From Welwitschia mirabilis (lineage: Eukaryota), in assembly GCA_051453625.1 (NCBI GenBank), contig JBOZIK010000001.1, forward strand, positions 15,903,427 to 15,967,426: DNA of 64,000 nt, given 5' to 3'. The notes beneath the pieces are model-generated. The model worked only from the letters and a program-made list of their open reading frames with translations, was not told the DNA's origin and ran no database searches. The position numbers and the translations under genes were made by a program. Shown here in pieces: positions 40,316 to 54,826 of this stretch; the stretch's first letter is position 1, and each line of letters begins with the position of its first letter.

Positions 40316-41099
40316 GATAATGTCCAAATATTGCAAAATCACATTATTACAATCTCATTTAATTGATTAAAATTAGAAATTTATATTATAGATAAATGCA
40401 CATAATTACTAGATGTAATAATCATGATATAAGCCACTTGAAATTAGATAAAATACATAGATATATATTACTTTAAAAAAATAGAATAAGACACATTTAA
40501 GAATCATTTAAGCAATTGGCTAAATACATAAAAATAGACAATAAATCATGGTATTTGCCCTTCAAATATGCATTTAAATAGTAAAGGACATAAAAAATTT
40601 TTACAATCTCTCAATTGAAATATACTAATGATAATGTACCATGTTAGAGCATGAAATTGAATTGTGTGCTAATAATACATCATAAAGAATGTACTCATGG
40701 AAATAATATTCAATAAATATTAGTACAAGATTATATAGGATATGTGCAAAAATCATTTTAACAGTAAATGATTAGAGTATAACATATTTAAAAATGTATT
40801 AATGAAAACATAATATTAAGACAAATAGTGTGTCAATCATAAAAACATGTGCTAACAGGTAGTAATGATAGAAAATGTCAGATAACAAAGATTTCTACCA
40901 AAATATCAAAGAGGGATCATTAAGAATACTAATGACACTAATGTATTCAATACAAAATCTCATAATCAAGAACTCCAAGCCCAATAAAATGTCCTCAAAC
41001 TAAAATCTATAGTGCCTAACTGAAATTCACTTAATTTCCAATGATTTGTTAATACTTATCATCCTTTTTTGACATCAGAAAAGGCTCTAGTCACTAAGA

Positions 41100-42830
41100 G
41101 ATAAACCACTTATGTAATTCTTACCTTGATCTTCTTCATTACTATTAATACTATCATGGGGTGGTAGAGGTTGGCTAGGTATAAGATGATGAGGAAGTAG
41201 GAGTTGGAGTGTGTTTTTTTTTCTAGAGGAGAGCTATTATATCTTACTAGGACCCCCAAAAATCTATTTTCTCATATGTTGATAGATTTTAGGAGTGATA
41301 TAAGTCTAAATAAAAGTAGCAATGAAAGTCTCTATAAAGGATGATGGTAACTACATAGATGAAAGCTGTTCTACTAAATCAGTTCTATATGAGAAGGTAG
41401 TGATAAAGGTGGATGCACTAGAGGTGAATAAGGTATAGGTGGTGGCAATTAAACTATGGAATATAGTGATGATAGCTGTGTAGGAGAGTGGAATGTAATC
41501 TTACAGTAATAATGATGAAAGATAAAAGGCAGTGCATTTGAGCTCTTAGAATCTATCCCCTAATATGCTTGCCTCTATTGTGAAGGACTTAGAACCTATT
41601 ACTCCTCCTATACATGTGTGTCTCTGGGAGTTTGGTACTCCCCCCGAGCTTGTGCCTTATCTCTAGAAGACTTGTTTGAGAATTCATTATTTGATACTCT
41701 GCCTAAACTATAACCTATGCCAAATGGAGCTGAAGGTCCTACTTCCTCTTCTTCTTTTAACTCCTCCTATAAGTCTAACCATGTGGGCGTCCTTATGTAT
41801 TTCCAACTCTCTCTTAGTACTTTGCTCTTCCTTAATATGGATTTATGTTTCTTAAGTCTTAAAATATTTCTTTCAATTTTAACCATCACTTTCACAATTG
41901 AATTTAATCCCTTTTTCATTAATTAATATATATGAGTAGTAGTAGAAAATGAATGCTAATACTAGAGTGTCTTTCTACTTGTAGCCTTGGTTGGTGGAAC
42001 TAGTACTTTATGTTTTTCACTGAATTCTACCAATAGTTTCTTTTGATGAATGAGATTATCTTGTGAAATATAATTGTTTGTACTATAATAATTAGACTAA
42101 TAAGATAAGGATGACTAAAATTATACCACTTTTGAAACAATGAGATGATATTCATGGATAGGAAAAAACCCAAATCTATCTATAAACTAGTGAGGGAATA
42201 ATACACAATGAAATTCTGCTTGGGTTTGTAATAACTGTAGCGATTTCTCCTAATAAACATGTTGTAAAAAGTTATCAAACTAAGAATTAAGACATTTACT
42301 ATCATATCTTTTCTCTAAGTTTTCTTAATATAGTTCATTATACTATGCCCAAATAAAACATTACTCATATTATGTCGAGACATATTGATAACTCTATAAC
42401 TGAATATTTCTTTAAAGAAACGAGTGTAAATATGAGGAACTATTAAGTATTGAATTTATAAAGCTTAGAATAATGTGCAAATTAGTATCTCTTACTTATA
42501 TATGAGCATAGAACTCTCTTACCACTAATCTCATTAATCTCATGTATTATCATTAATCTCATGTATATGAGCATAGAACTCTCTTACCACTAGATCTGAA
42601 TTAGGATTAAGTAGTTACACAATCATTTGCCATCCAAGTTAAATAAAGTAACTTATAAGCTAATCTCTATACTTCTTCTAAAATCCAAGAGTTCTCTCTA
42701 CAATAATAAAATTTTTAAATCATGTTCTAAATCTTCTTTCTATTCCCTCATGATAGAATAGGATTCATATTAGGATCTCTAATGTTGTAAGACTTGTTCC
42801 TTTCCTCTAAAGATTTTTACTTTTTTACTA
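41100..42830 (-). pseudogene. SIRE env-like (extra) ORF relic
   Basis: Minus strand FINLGWQMIV...DLVVREFYAHI near 42500-42650, followed by charged and Ser/Thr/Pro-rich stretches; located upstream of the PPTs as in sireviruses. Confidence 0.65.
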
Positions 42831-44129
42831 CCCTTATTCTAGCTATTTTTTATAAGATAGAATAAGAAACTAATAAAATATTAATTAAAATATAAGAAAC
42901 TATAACAAATATGTACCTATTTGAGAGAAAGACCTATTCTTGCCTATTGTTAAGATGTATTAAAAATCTAAGATGTATTTCTAGGGAAATCTGAGAAAAT
43001 GTAGCCTAGAAAATCAATTGAGAGGAATACTTATTAAGTAGGGACTTGAAAATTAGATTTAATAGTCTCTTTTTCTATTAAAAAGGGTCGAAATCATAGC
43101 TTCTACTATGTTTTTAATTTCTACAATAGTATAGTTAAGATGTCATAAATGCAAAAAGTAGAAATCTATAAAACTCAAGACATCTCTTGTTAAAAACTTT
43201 TCAATACATTTTCTTCTACTAAGATGTCTATAAAACTTAAGACATATAATTTTAAAAAATTAAAATATTAAAAAACTTAAAATAATGTACCTACCCTCTC
43301 AAGACATCTACTTTTTAAGACATCTATAAATGTTAAGACATATCCCACTAGAGACATCTACAAAATTGAAGATGTCTACAANNNNNNNNNNNNNNNNNNN
43401 NNNNNNNNNNNNNNNNNNNNNNNNNNNNNNNNNNNNNNNNNNNNNNNNNNNNNNNNNNNNNNNNNNNNNNNNNNNNNNNNNNNNNNNNNNNNNNNNNNNN
43501 NNNNNNNNNNNNNNNNNNNNNNNNNNNNNNNNNNNNNNNNNNNNNNNNNNNNNNNNNNNNNNNNNNNNNNNNNNNNNNNNNNNNNNNNNNNNNNNNNNNN
43601 NNNNNNNNNNNNNNNNNNNNNNNNNNNNNNNNNNNNNNNNNNNNNNNNNNNNNNNNNNNNNNNNNNNNNNNNNNNNNNNNNNNNNNNNNNNNNNNNNNNN
43701 NNNNNNNNNNNNNNNNNNNNNNNNNNNNNNNNNNNNNNNNNNNNNNNNNNNNNNNNNNNNNNNNNNNNNNNNNNNNNNNNNNNNNNTCCCACTAGAGACA
43801 TCTACAAAATTGAAGATGTCTACAATGAAAGTTCCATATTTTTTAACAAGATCTATGACTAATACAAACATAATAATACTTCAAAAAATATGTATATCAT
43901 ATGCACAATGTAACTTATATCAATTATATCTAATTCAAATCCCAACTCATATAATAAATCTAATGTGGAGTTGAGAAATTTAAAAAAAATTACCTTTTGA
44001 AATCTCATTTTTAAGTAGATTAATAGTATCCTATATTGTCATGCCTTTGTTCTATCTCTTCTTCTCTATTGAGTCCTCCTCATTTTATGCCTATGCTTTA
44101 TTTCTCCAGTTTTCTTAAAAACATTTAAA

Positions 44130-45885
44130 TTAATTGGAAGTACTTTGTAAGGAAGTTTGTATTAGAAGTTTTAATTTTTCTTTTGATACTGAAGCATTTC
44201 TTAGTTTAAGTTGCACAAAATGTTGTACCATTCTACTAGACCTTTTGGTCTTATTAGTATAATACCTATTTTTATACTTTATTAGACATCTATACTCATA
44301 ATAATCTTTATTATAATAATAATAGCAAATAATATTATTTGTAAATTCCAAATGTTCATAACTTGACTTGTATTTTCCCTTGTCATATAGAGAAACTAAA
44401 GTGCCAGTTGTGACTATATTGTATTTCAAACCACTCTTGTCATTTGGATTTCTATTTTGTTCAAGCATGATATTTAAAGTCTATTTGCCTTATGTAGATC
44501 TTTTAATGAGTTTATTTAAATTTGAAAGCTCTTATTTTACATTATCTAGTTCATACATTAGACTATTAATCTTAGCTTTAAGAGCTAAGTTTTTAAAGGA
44601 CAAATTTCTACAAGCATCATTTTCTTCTTTATATTCATCTTCATGAGTATGAAGTATCTCTTTCATTTTAGTACATAATTTTTGTAGATTAATAAATTCT
44701 TCAACAATTACAATATACTTTTCTTTAATACTCATACCTAAGTCATCTTTACTATCTAAATCATAATCTTCTTCTATCTCATCATCTTCTTCTTGAAGGT
44801 GTGCAATGTCCATGTATGAAGGATGTGCTTTCTTATTATTAGATGTTTTTTCTTCTATTGACTCTTTACCATCATCCCATCATATAAAAAATGATTTATT
44901 CTTCTTTGGATTTTTATTTTATTTTTTATCCTATAATTTATTAGTACTAAGTTATTCTGAGGCTATATGTTCTTGTCCTCCACATATCCAACATTCTACT
45001 TTTGAAATATTAAGAAAAGAAGCATTATTAGAAGACATACCTTTGGCTACAAACTTAGATTGTTTTTTGAAGTTCTCTCTTTTATTGTATTCACATGAAA
45101 GAATTCATTTTACTCTTTTTGTAATAGAAGTAAGTTTCTAATTGTCATCATTAGATCCATCTTATTATTATTCTTTATTCACCTTTTCTTTTAATGTTTG
45201 ATTTGTGCTTTGGCTTGCCTTAATATAATAGGTTTTTCTTTTAATGATTCATCTTATATGAGATTCATTTTGTATGTTATAAAAGTACTCTATAGCTTTT
45301 CTATCTTTATTATGTTAAAGTCTCTAGATTCTTCTATGGCCATGGTATTCAGCCTTTATTTAGGGGCTAGTTATCTAATGTTTTATATTACCTTCCCTTC
45401 TGGAAGATCTTATCCAATGTCATGTATTATGTTTAAAACTCTAGTAAAGTACTCATATATCTTTTGTTCATGGTTCATCTTAAGATCCTTAAATTGATAT
45501 GTCCAGACTAAAAGCTTAGATTATTTTACAATAGACATGCCTTCATATGTTCCAATTAGAACATTCTAAATTTCTTGTATCATATTACAACCTACTATTA
45601 TATTGAACTATTTATTAATAAAGTAAAATAAAGTGCATTCTTATATTTAGAGTCATACATAAAAGAATATTTTTCTTAACCTAACTAGTCTTTACTTTTC
45701 ATGATCTAAGTAATGATATTATTTGTAGCATTTTTAACAGTCTCCATATGGTCCAAATATCCTTATTCTCTACTTTGTTATATTTAAAAATTAAAATACT
45801 ATAAGTAAACTTGCATCCTATCTTTTTAATAGACATAGTTTCTCCCATTAAAGAGTAGAGGTCTAATAGATGACATCCCTTCCAT
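44130..45885 (-). pseudogene. SIRE extended gag relic with two zinc knuckles
   Basis: MEGMSSIRPLLFNGRNYVY*KDRMQ start; ECWICGGQEHIASE near 44960-45000; coiled-coil ORF 44532-44813; ORF 44130-44468 (DKSGL...IICYYY...YRC). Confidence 0.85.
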
Positions 45886-45937
45886 TATTTACTTAAGAAA
45901 GTTACTCCTTTTTGTGAGTATAGGTTATAATACCACT

Positions 45938-47425
45938 TGAGAATCATTAAACTTAAATGAGATGGATGAATGAGTTTTACCAAATTAAATTTAAATCAAA
46001 TTATTGAATGAAAATGCTCAATAAAAAACACCTTATCAAATAATGTGATTGCCTAACCTAGGTACATTTACACACAGAGGGGAGCTTCTACTCACACCTC
46101 CAGATATTTTTGACCTATAAGAAACTAGTGATTTTTTGGTATACCACCAACTTTATAACAAATAAGATTCATCTTATAAGGTAGTAATATCTTTGTCTCA
46201 AGGAAATAGTGGTTTCAATAGGTGCACCATCAACCATTATAATAATGAGAGTGTCTTCAAAAGATAACACTCTCTTCCTCACAAGGGAATAATGGTCTTC
46301 TAGCTTAATAACAACCTCACATCAAATAAGTACCTAAAAGCATAATTTCAAATGCATATTCCTATAAGAGCTACCTTATAAAGTTTTTAATATTCAAGAA
46401 TGAACTAATAATAATATTTAATAATATAATAGTTTACAATGTAAACCAAAAGGACAAAATAATAACAAGCCTTAAGATTTTATCTTAATAAGATTTAAGA
46501 TCCTTGATGATGTTGTTATCATTATGAGTATCAATGAAGATAATAGGAATGTAGATCTAAGATCTAGAGATGAACTTAATGCAAGTTTCTTGCTAATGAT
46601 GTCTTAATTCTTTATGATAAGTTCATTTTACTCATGTATTCATTATTTTTAATCTAGTCATTATGTGTCGAGATTAAAAGTTGAGTAATTGTTATCATTT
46701 CAAAAGTTCTTCTTTATTTCATGGCGTCAAGGCTTTATACATTTGAGGAAGATCTTATCATTTGAGCTTGAAAGGTAGTCGTTTAACTTTGTAACTATCA
46801 CACAATGAATATGAATATCTAGGCATCAAATTCATGACTTTGGTTTTAATCAATGTGAACTTTGGTCTGAGATGTTTTCACTTTTATAAACATCTACTAA
46901 TAGTCAGATGTCTTTACCTTATAGACATTTTTAGTTAATTTGCTTAGATTTTATTGAGTTTTACTATTTAGTATACTTAGTCCTCCATGGTTACAAATCT
47001 ATAATGTACAAGTTTAGAGATCAATTCAAATCCAAGATATTAATTAAAAACAATGGACTCTATTCCTTGTTTTAGCTTAGTATAGATGTCTTCAAATATG
47101 TAGACATCTTCATCTATGTTAGGTTCAATTTTTAGCTTAGTTATCTTAAATAAGGTAGTTTTCTTTTAGCTTATGACTTGATTTTAGTACATTCAAGATG
47201 TCTTCAAATTCCTAGAAACATTTACTCAAGACATTTTGAATATTTTAGAAATCTTCAAACAATTGATCTTGCTATTTTAGCGTCTTATCTTTTTTATGAG
47301 ATGTTATCTCTGAAGATCCATTATGATCTAGTATTTATCAAGATTTTATGTTCTTGTAATGACATGTCTATACAATGACACAAAATATTTAACAAGTAAA
47401 ATTATCAAAACTAGATTTACCAATA
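45938..47425 (-). repeat. SIRE 5' LTR
   Basis: Adjacent to the PBS (TACCA at 45931-45935); colinear with 38841-40301. Confidence 0.9.
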
Positions 47426-47999
47426 CTATAATACTAAATTTAAGCCCATGCTATTAGTGTGAATCTGAAATGTATTAGTATTTAGTAATTCATATTGTTC
47501 TAAAACCCATTTCTTCTAAAAACTTAGGTTGTGCTAGTGATGTATCTCGGTGTTAGTCTTATTAATCCATTTGTCTTTTATAAAATTTAGGCCCCTCAAA
47601 GCAACCTATGATTAATATTTTAATTATTAGTCTTTATTAATAACATTTTATAAATTAAAAGGATAAAATCTAGTAAACAATAATTAAATAATAAATAATG
47701 TGTCTGTGTCCTTAAAATATATTATTTACTAAAGTTTAAGGAGATAACTATAAAAATTTGATTGTAAACACATTGTTTAACTAGCCATTTAGTAAAATAT
47801 ATTATGTAAAAATAAGTTATAAAGGCTACTTGAGATTGAAATCCTTTTTATTCACAAACATGTATACTTTATATATCAAAATAAACTTTTTTTATGCATA
47901 AATTTATTAAATAAAGAAAAATGTCTAACTTTTAAAGTTCCATTTAATTTTTAGGTTTTTAATTTTTCATCTTTTAAAAATTTTCTAACAAATGGAAAT

Positions 48000-49700
48000 G
48001 TATGACTAGGATAAAACTTAATTAATTTTTAAAAAAATATATTTTCTTACATCTTCCAACCAATTTCTTGACATTGTTCTTATTGTTAAAAATGGAGTAA
48101 ACCATCAGTATGAAATGCAATTTAAAAGAAATTAAATTTAGCTTTACAAGTTGAATTAGAAATGAAATGGTATATTAATAATATTGTTATTTTTTTAAAA
48201 AAAGGAAAATAAGAATGATATAGATAACTATAGGTTGATTATGATCACTATTTTTTTTTTCAACTTTACTCTAAAGTTTCTGATTAGAAGATAAGCTAAA
48301 GAAAAAGATACATGTAGTTTTATGAAATAATTTTAAGTGACATAATTTAAATGTAAATAAGCTCATGATCCTAAAACATCTTACTAATAAATAGAAATAT
48401 GCAGATAAGAAACCATTTATCTTCTTTGTACATGTTATTAAAACATATTATGTAGTCAACCCAAGTAAGTTATAAAGGAACGTGTGTAATTTAGAAGCTT
48501 TAATTGAAGTGTTATTTATAATTCAAACACAGTACAAAGAAGTATACATCACAACTAAAGATAGTTAAGAAATTATTTTATTTAATAGTTAGATGTGAAA
48601 CAAAAATGCTCATTTTTTCCAAATTTATTTAAATAGTTTATTGATAAGCTTAAAGATTAGATTCATAATTTGCTAAATAAATACGTAACTATAATTGAAG
48701 AGAGTTCTATTACACTCTTACCATAAACTATAATGATAATTTTTTTAATTTAAAACTTAAAAAGTAAATTACAGAAAATGCTAAGAACTTTTGATGAAAT
48801 TTCTAGCATTTAAAAATGGAAGTTAATCTATGGAAACCAAAGTAATGGTGTGTAACACATGTAGTAATGAATGAAAATTTACTCTAGGAAATGAGTATTT
48901 TGATATTATTTCCTCTTATAAATATCTTGATTTAGAATGTTCATGAAGACATAAATGGGATAAATGTATTTATCAAAAATTACAAGTGAAAAAAAAACTT
49001 TATTTTTCTTAGAATAAAAATAAAAGAAGGAATCTTTTTTAGCTTGAAAAATTCAATTGTAACTCTATCATACCATTATTTAAATAATTGTTTTTTATCG
49101 ATGGTTTGAAGTTTTGGTTTAGAAGATAAATATCAAGAGGAAAAAATAAATTTAAAATCTTTAATAAATGAATTTAAAGTAAAGATATGAACATAACATT
49201 ATATTTTGCTACTTTAAGTAAGGATGATTTCCTTATAAGTAAGCTATTTACTAGTTTAGAGAATATACTCAAAATATTTTTGTATTCATTGTGAATAAAT
49301 ACTTAAACTAGTGATGTGATTAGTACAAGATAAAGAATGGTCTGATGATGGAATTTTATGATATAATTATTTTAATATTTAAGAAAACATTTTGTATTAT
49401 GATCCCAAATAACTTCATGACTTTATAAAAGACAAAATGATTCAGAATATTTAAGGAAACATAGAACATCATTAGAGGGATCCTAATATAAAGGTAAACT
49501 ATTTAGTAGATCAATAATGTAATTTCATTATTTGAGAGCTAATAGAAATATGACTAAAGTTTCTTAAGAAAAGTAGAGCTATAAATTATATAATCAAAAT
49601 ATTATTGAAGATAAACACTATGTTTCTCATAATGTCTTGTAGTTGTGCACTTAAGTCAGAAGCGATATATTAAAATTATTAACATAATTTATTTGTTCTA
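48000..49700 (+). pseudogene. Possible hAT transposase relic
   Basis: CSYC near 48076 (BED-finger-like) and YFCIHCE*ILKLVM near 49275-49316 (cf. HxRCxAHILNLIV); otherwise unreadable. Confidence 0.3.
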
Positions 49701-52700
49701 AATTATACCAAGAACACTTGGTAACTTTATTAATGATGCTTTAAAATCTTATAGCATGTACATTTAAATTGTCTAGTTTATTCTTAGGATTTATGAATGT
49801 AATAAAATTTTAGTTTTAGTTTTACTTTAGTAAAAATAGGTTAAAAAGTTAAAAAAATATATGACTATTATATCTTTAAAAAATAATATAGGTATATTTA
49901 TATTGGTCAAATTTAAAGCATTACATATTAAGAAAAATGAAGATAAGTAAGAGATAAATAAGAGAGAAGTAAAGTTAAGAAAATGAGAATACTCTACAAG
50001 AATTCCTCCTTTGAGAGTAACCTTCTCTATTAGCAAGGATTCTTTAAAATTCATTGAATCTTTTTCTTATTATTTTTACCTAAAAGATTATACCCAGTTA
50101 TTTTACCTTCTTGGTACTATTTCAATCAACTCTATTTTATCTTAAAGGGAAGTTGGAGTCGGTATTCTTTGTGTTTACCTTAATTATTTTTTTTTCTTTT
50201 TAATTTGTTTAAGATTCTACTTTTATTCTTGAAACATAAGTAGGTTTATCATGTTTCTTTACCCTTGTAAATTATCTAACAATGATAAAAATTATAGATT
50301 TTGCATCTATTCTTTTATGTTAAATGGATTACTTTAATTAATAAGTCTTAATATCTTACTAAATAAGATAGTGAGTTGAAACTTTCATGTATCTTCTCTT
50401 GCTTTCCTCATTACATTAGATAGGAATTTACATTTTTGAAGAAAACAAATTCATTTTCAATGATGGATATAAGGGAAGAGGATTTAGCATATGCATATAA
50501 TACAAGTGATGAAAATAATTAATTTCAAAGTATAAATCTAAAGAGATATAATTAGTTCTTGAATTGAAATTTACATAGTAAAGCTTCTTCTGTTTTGGGA
50601 ACATATCGTACATCTATCTCATTACATAGTCTAGCTAAATATTTATATATAATAAAGAGATAAATATTAGGATTTGGAATAAAAGTGATATTAAAATTAA
50701 AGGAGTGGTATAGAGATATTATAAGTTTCTTTCTTCATTTCTTTAGATTATTTAAAATTCTTTTTTTCCACGAAATAGGATAAAAATTTTATAGAATTTT
50801 TATTCTTCATTATGAAGTGTGTTTGAATTATTTATTGGAATAAATTATCTTATTCTACTTATTTTATCTTTGTAATGTATATAGAATTATATGATAGTAA
50901 AAATCATAGAACATCCCATATATAATGAGCTTTCTAAATCTTATAAATATCATGCTTAAAGCATGTGATGAATTTTTCAAAAAATGTAGGATCTTGGTTT
51001 AGGTATAATCATATTTGTTAAAAATAACAAGGTTAAAGTTACATTTTTACACATGAGATGATAAATCATAATTGTTAATTAATTCTTGAGAATATATGAT
51101 GGAGATTTCTTATTACTGAATCAAGTCTATAGTAAAGTTGTTATTCTTTTGGTAATACTTAATCTTCTATTGGTATTTAGAATTCTATTTTCTAAAAGAA
51201 ACTTTGAAAGTTTAAAAATAGAAGGGAATCCTAAGTTTGAGATAGGTAAAATTTTATTTTTAACCTTCTATTTTTTACTTAATTTTTGGCTTAATTATTT
51301 TATTTAATTTAAAAATCATTAATTACTCATATAATTTAAAGACTGATTATAGTAATTAATGGTTTCTTATTTTTGGCTTCATATACCTACTTTAAATAAT
51401 TAAAATACCTTACTTATGATATTTCCAATCACATATGATTCATAATTTAATATATTTCTAATGAGAAGTGGTTTATTTTATAAAATCATAAAATAAAGAA
51501 AACAAAATTGTAATTTAATTAGTTTGATAAAATTGGGTAAATTTATGTTTTAACAATTCATCTTAACTAATATAGCAAACTGGTTATGATAATATTTAAT
51601 TATGATTCTTCATATATGTGCTATGCCATGTGTTACTATTGTTTAATTGGTTTGTCCCTTGGTTTATTATTAATCTAAAATAATAATGTTTTTAAAGGAA
51701 AAGGATTATTCCCAACTTACACTCAAATTTATTATGATTTTATGATAGATTAGATATATCTTGCATTGTAATCTCAATAGTTTACACATAATCAACTATT
51801 ATGTATTTAATTTCTAAATCTTTAAAAATACAAATATTAGGTTTAAAAAATATAAGTTGAATATAATTTTAATGATATAGAGATTATCCACATATGACTT
51901 AAGTAGTTTTCATATAGGTTATAATATTTTACATCTGTATGTACCACTTGGTCATCCTTTATATTAATGAGCTGACTTTCACATGTCCTAAGTTTTTAAA
52001 CATAATACAGCTAACGCACTTGTAGTCCAAAGAACTAATTTTAATAAATGTTTTCTAGTAAAGAAATTTTAACATATATTATCTTTATAATAATATTTTT
52101 ACTAATATGTGTATCTTTAGTAACAGATTTTATTTTATTTTTTAGAATTTTAATTTTTTTCTCATATACATTAGTTATTAGCTCATAATCTAGTAGAAAA
52201 CATCTAGCATGTATAACATAGACTGATAATAAGTTGAAACACTATTTTAAGACTTTTCTTAGCCTAGTTACTCCCTAGTTAAATAAGTAGTTGGATGTAC
52301 CTTAAAAATAATTTCTTTTAAATGCAACAATTCCAATTATGTTCTTTGTATAACTCTAGATCTTAGCTAAAATAAAACTGAAGACTTTACATTTATTATA
52401 TGATGCTAATATTAACTTTATTTAGATCTTTCTTTTTATTTATTTACCTAAGATTCTACTTAAGGATATAGGCTTAAAATCATGGACCATGAAGATATAT
52501 TTGTAAATTTTTTTTAAATATTTAGCCATTAACTTTGAATGAAAATTCATTTTTAATGCTTAAAATCATAATAAATTCATGAGAAAATAATCATAAAACT
52601 TATAATGAATAAGTTGACTTAGATACATATTCTCTAAGAAACTTGTATAGTTAAGAATCATATAGTGAAACCATGTTATTTTAGTGAANNNNNNNNNNNN

Positions 52701-53419
52701 NNNNNNNNNNNNNNNNNNNNNNNNNNNNNNNNNNNNNNNNNNNNNNNNNNNNNNNNNNNNNNNNNNNNNNNNNNNNNNNNNNNNNNNNNNNNNNNNNNNN
52801 NNNNNNNNNNNNNNNNNNNNNNNNNNNNNNNNNNNNNNNNNNNNNNNNNNNNNNNNNNNNNNNNNNNNNNNNNNNNNNNNNNNNNNNNNNNNNNNNNNNN
52901 NNNNNNNNNNNNNNNNNNNNNNNNNNNNNNNNNNNNNNNNNNNNNNNNNNNNNNNNNNNNNNNNNNNNNNNNNNNNNNNNNNNNNNNNNNNNNNNNNNNN
53001 NNNNNNNNNNNNNNNNNNNNNNNNNNNNNNNNNNNNNNNNNNNNNNNNNNNNNNNNNNNNNACATTTTCTTAATTAAATATTTATCATCATAAGTTTTAA
53101 TTATTTATTTTGTATCTAGTGATTTAGATATGGTTAATTTATAATATCTTCTATATCATTTTGAAGGGTTATGATACTTCTCTTCTGAAGTGTAATCTAT
53201 GGTCAAATCCTAGGTGGGACTAAGGCTCTTTTCGACTCAAGGGGAGCCTAGCCATGTGGTTGCTCCTTCTTCTCCTAGGATTTGATAGAAATATGCTCCT
53301 AAGTTATCTCCGCCTGAATTATGAATGAATTTAGCTTCTCTATCTGAGATTCTATGGATGGAGTCAGTTCTTTCTGAGAGCTAGGGATTCCCTATTCAAT
53401 GTTCCCCTTAGATCAAGAA

Positions 53420-53666
53420 TGTAATGTTCCAAAATCATTAATTAAATAATGATATATGTTAAACACTAATGATGCATGGTTAATAACATATGTAAATGTG
53501 TGTAATCCAAATATGTAAAGATGTGTCCCTTCATTATGTAGTATAAGCCTATGGCATTAGGTAGAGGTGAATAGACTGGGTGGATTTAACCGATGATAAC
53601 CTTGCTTAATCTCCAAGGGTCCCAGAAGGGGGACTAAGGTCATAGTTCCTGTCTTTACCTATAACC
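53420..53666 (+). repeat. Partial LTR of the chromovirus family, cut by an N gap
   Basis: TGTAATGTTCCAAAATCATTAATT...; colinear with 54827-55072. Confidence 0.9.
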
Positions 53667-54199
53667 NNNNNNNNNNNNNNNNNNNNNNNNNNNNNNNNNN
53701 NNNNNNNNNNNNNNNNNNNNNNNNNNNNNNNNNNNNNNNNNNNNNNNNNNNNNNNNNNNNNNNNNNAAAATTGATATCAAAATGTATTACATAGTTTAGA
53801 AACTTTATTAATTAAAGCTTACAAAATGTGGGTTATAACAAAAATCACTTACCTCTATTCTCAAATGAAATTTGTTCTCCTCATCAGGTGAAACAAGATC
53901 ATGAGATGAAACAAGAAGTAGAAGAATCTTTTCCTTTTATTGAGATCAAGATGTTCAAGATGAAGATTCCTCCTAAGCACACATCTATGAAAAAAAAGCA
54001 ACTTAGTAATAAAAAAGCTTAAGAAAAATAAGGAAAACATAGTATTATAAAAAAAAAAGAATACCTTATCAAATAACATAACACCGACAGATGAATACAC
54101 AAGGTCACCCTTCTTATTAGAAAAAAAATATGGCTTCATAAGGATCAAGTTGAGGAAGAGAAGATAAAGGTATGATAACATTAGAAGGAAGATTAGATT

Positions 54200-54826
54200 A
54201 TTGAATATTTATGAAGGAGGTGCCATCATGAAATGCAAAGTACAAGGATAGAAAACCCATCTATAGGTTAGAAGACCACTATCAAAATTCTACTTTGTCC
54301 TATCAAGCTATGAAATAATCTTTGAATAAATGATAAAACTCTAATCATAGGAGACATCCTTGTAGGGAGCAATAGATAAAAGATACAAAGCATATTTTAA
54401 AATCATAGATAATCGAGAATGTAATAAAACTCTACAAGAAATTAGTAGTCTAAGAGACTTAAAGTGGAAGACAGGAATAGTCTTTAAGGATTTCCCATGA
54501 TAGCCATGTCAATGCAATTTTTCACCGATAAAATCAAAAGATGTAGTTTCTAAAAAGTTTAAATTCTATAATTCATAAGTATAAAACTTTATGAGCTTAA
54601 GAATACCTTGAGATAAGCCTAAAATATCTTAAGTCAACTATGCATTAATGGAAACCAAATCAAACTTTGAATACAAAAGAACTAAGTTTTTGTATTATAA
54701 GAAAAGAAAATAGAGTCCAAACTCAACCAAACTCCTCTTAATTTAATAAATTACAAATGTATTCATCCACAGAATAAAGGTTACAAGTAGACCAATAAGT
54801 TTTTGGAAAGGCTTTTGAAGGGTTAT
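54200..54826 (+). pseudogene. Possible L1 ORF1 relic, target of the chromovirus insertion
   Basis: Weak DUF4283-like pattern and a decayed knuckle (CIHPQNKGYK) near 54757-54787. Confidence 0.3.

Larger units (their letters stand above)
38841..47425 (-). mobile_element. Ty1/copia SIRE-type non-autonomous element (gag + env-like ORF, no pol), both LTRs present
   Basis: LTRs 38841-40301 and 45938-47425; TSD TTATA/CTATA (one transition); decayed Met PBS at 45924-45935; SIRE-type PPT AAAAAGGGGGAGA. Confidence 0.9.

Noticed and set aside
43308-43974. Long ORFs of 141-214 aa (also 52665-53093)
   Set aside because: They consist mostly of N-derived X residues.
50000-52680. Possible second hAT relic on the minus strand (TKW-like motif near 51945)
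   Set aside because: A single weak motif is insufficient support.
54822-54826. GTTAT before the chromovirus LTR, identical to the Athila TSD
   Set aside because: A 5-mer match in AT-rich DNA is likely chance, and the other flank lies outside the window.
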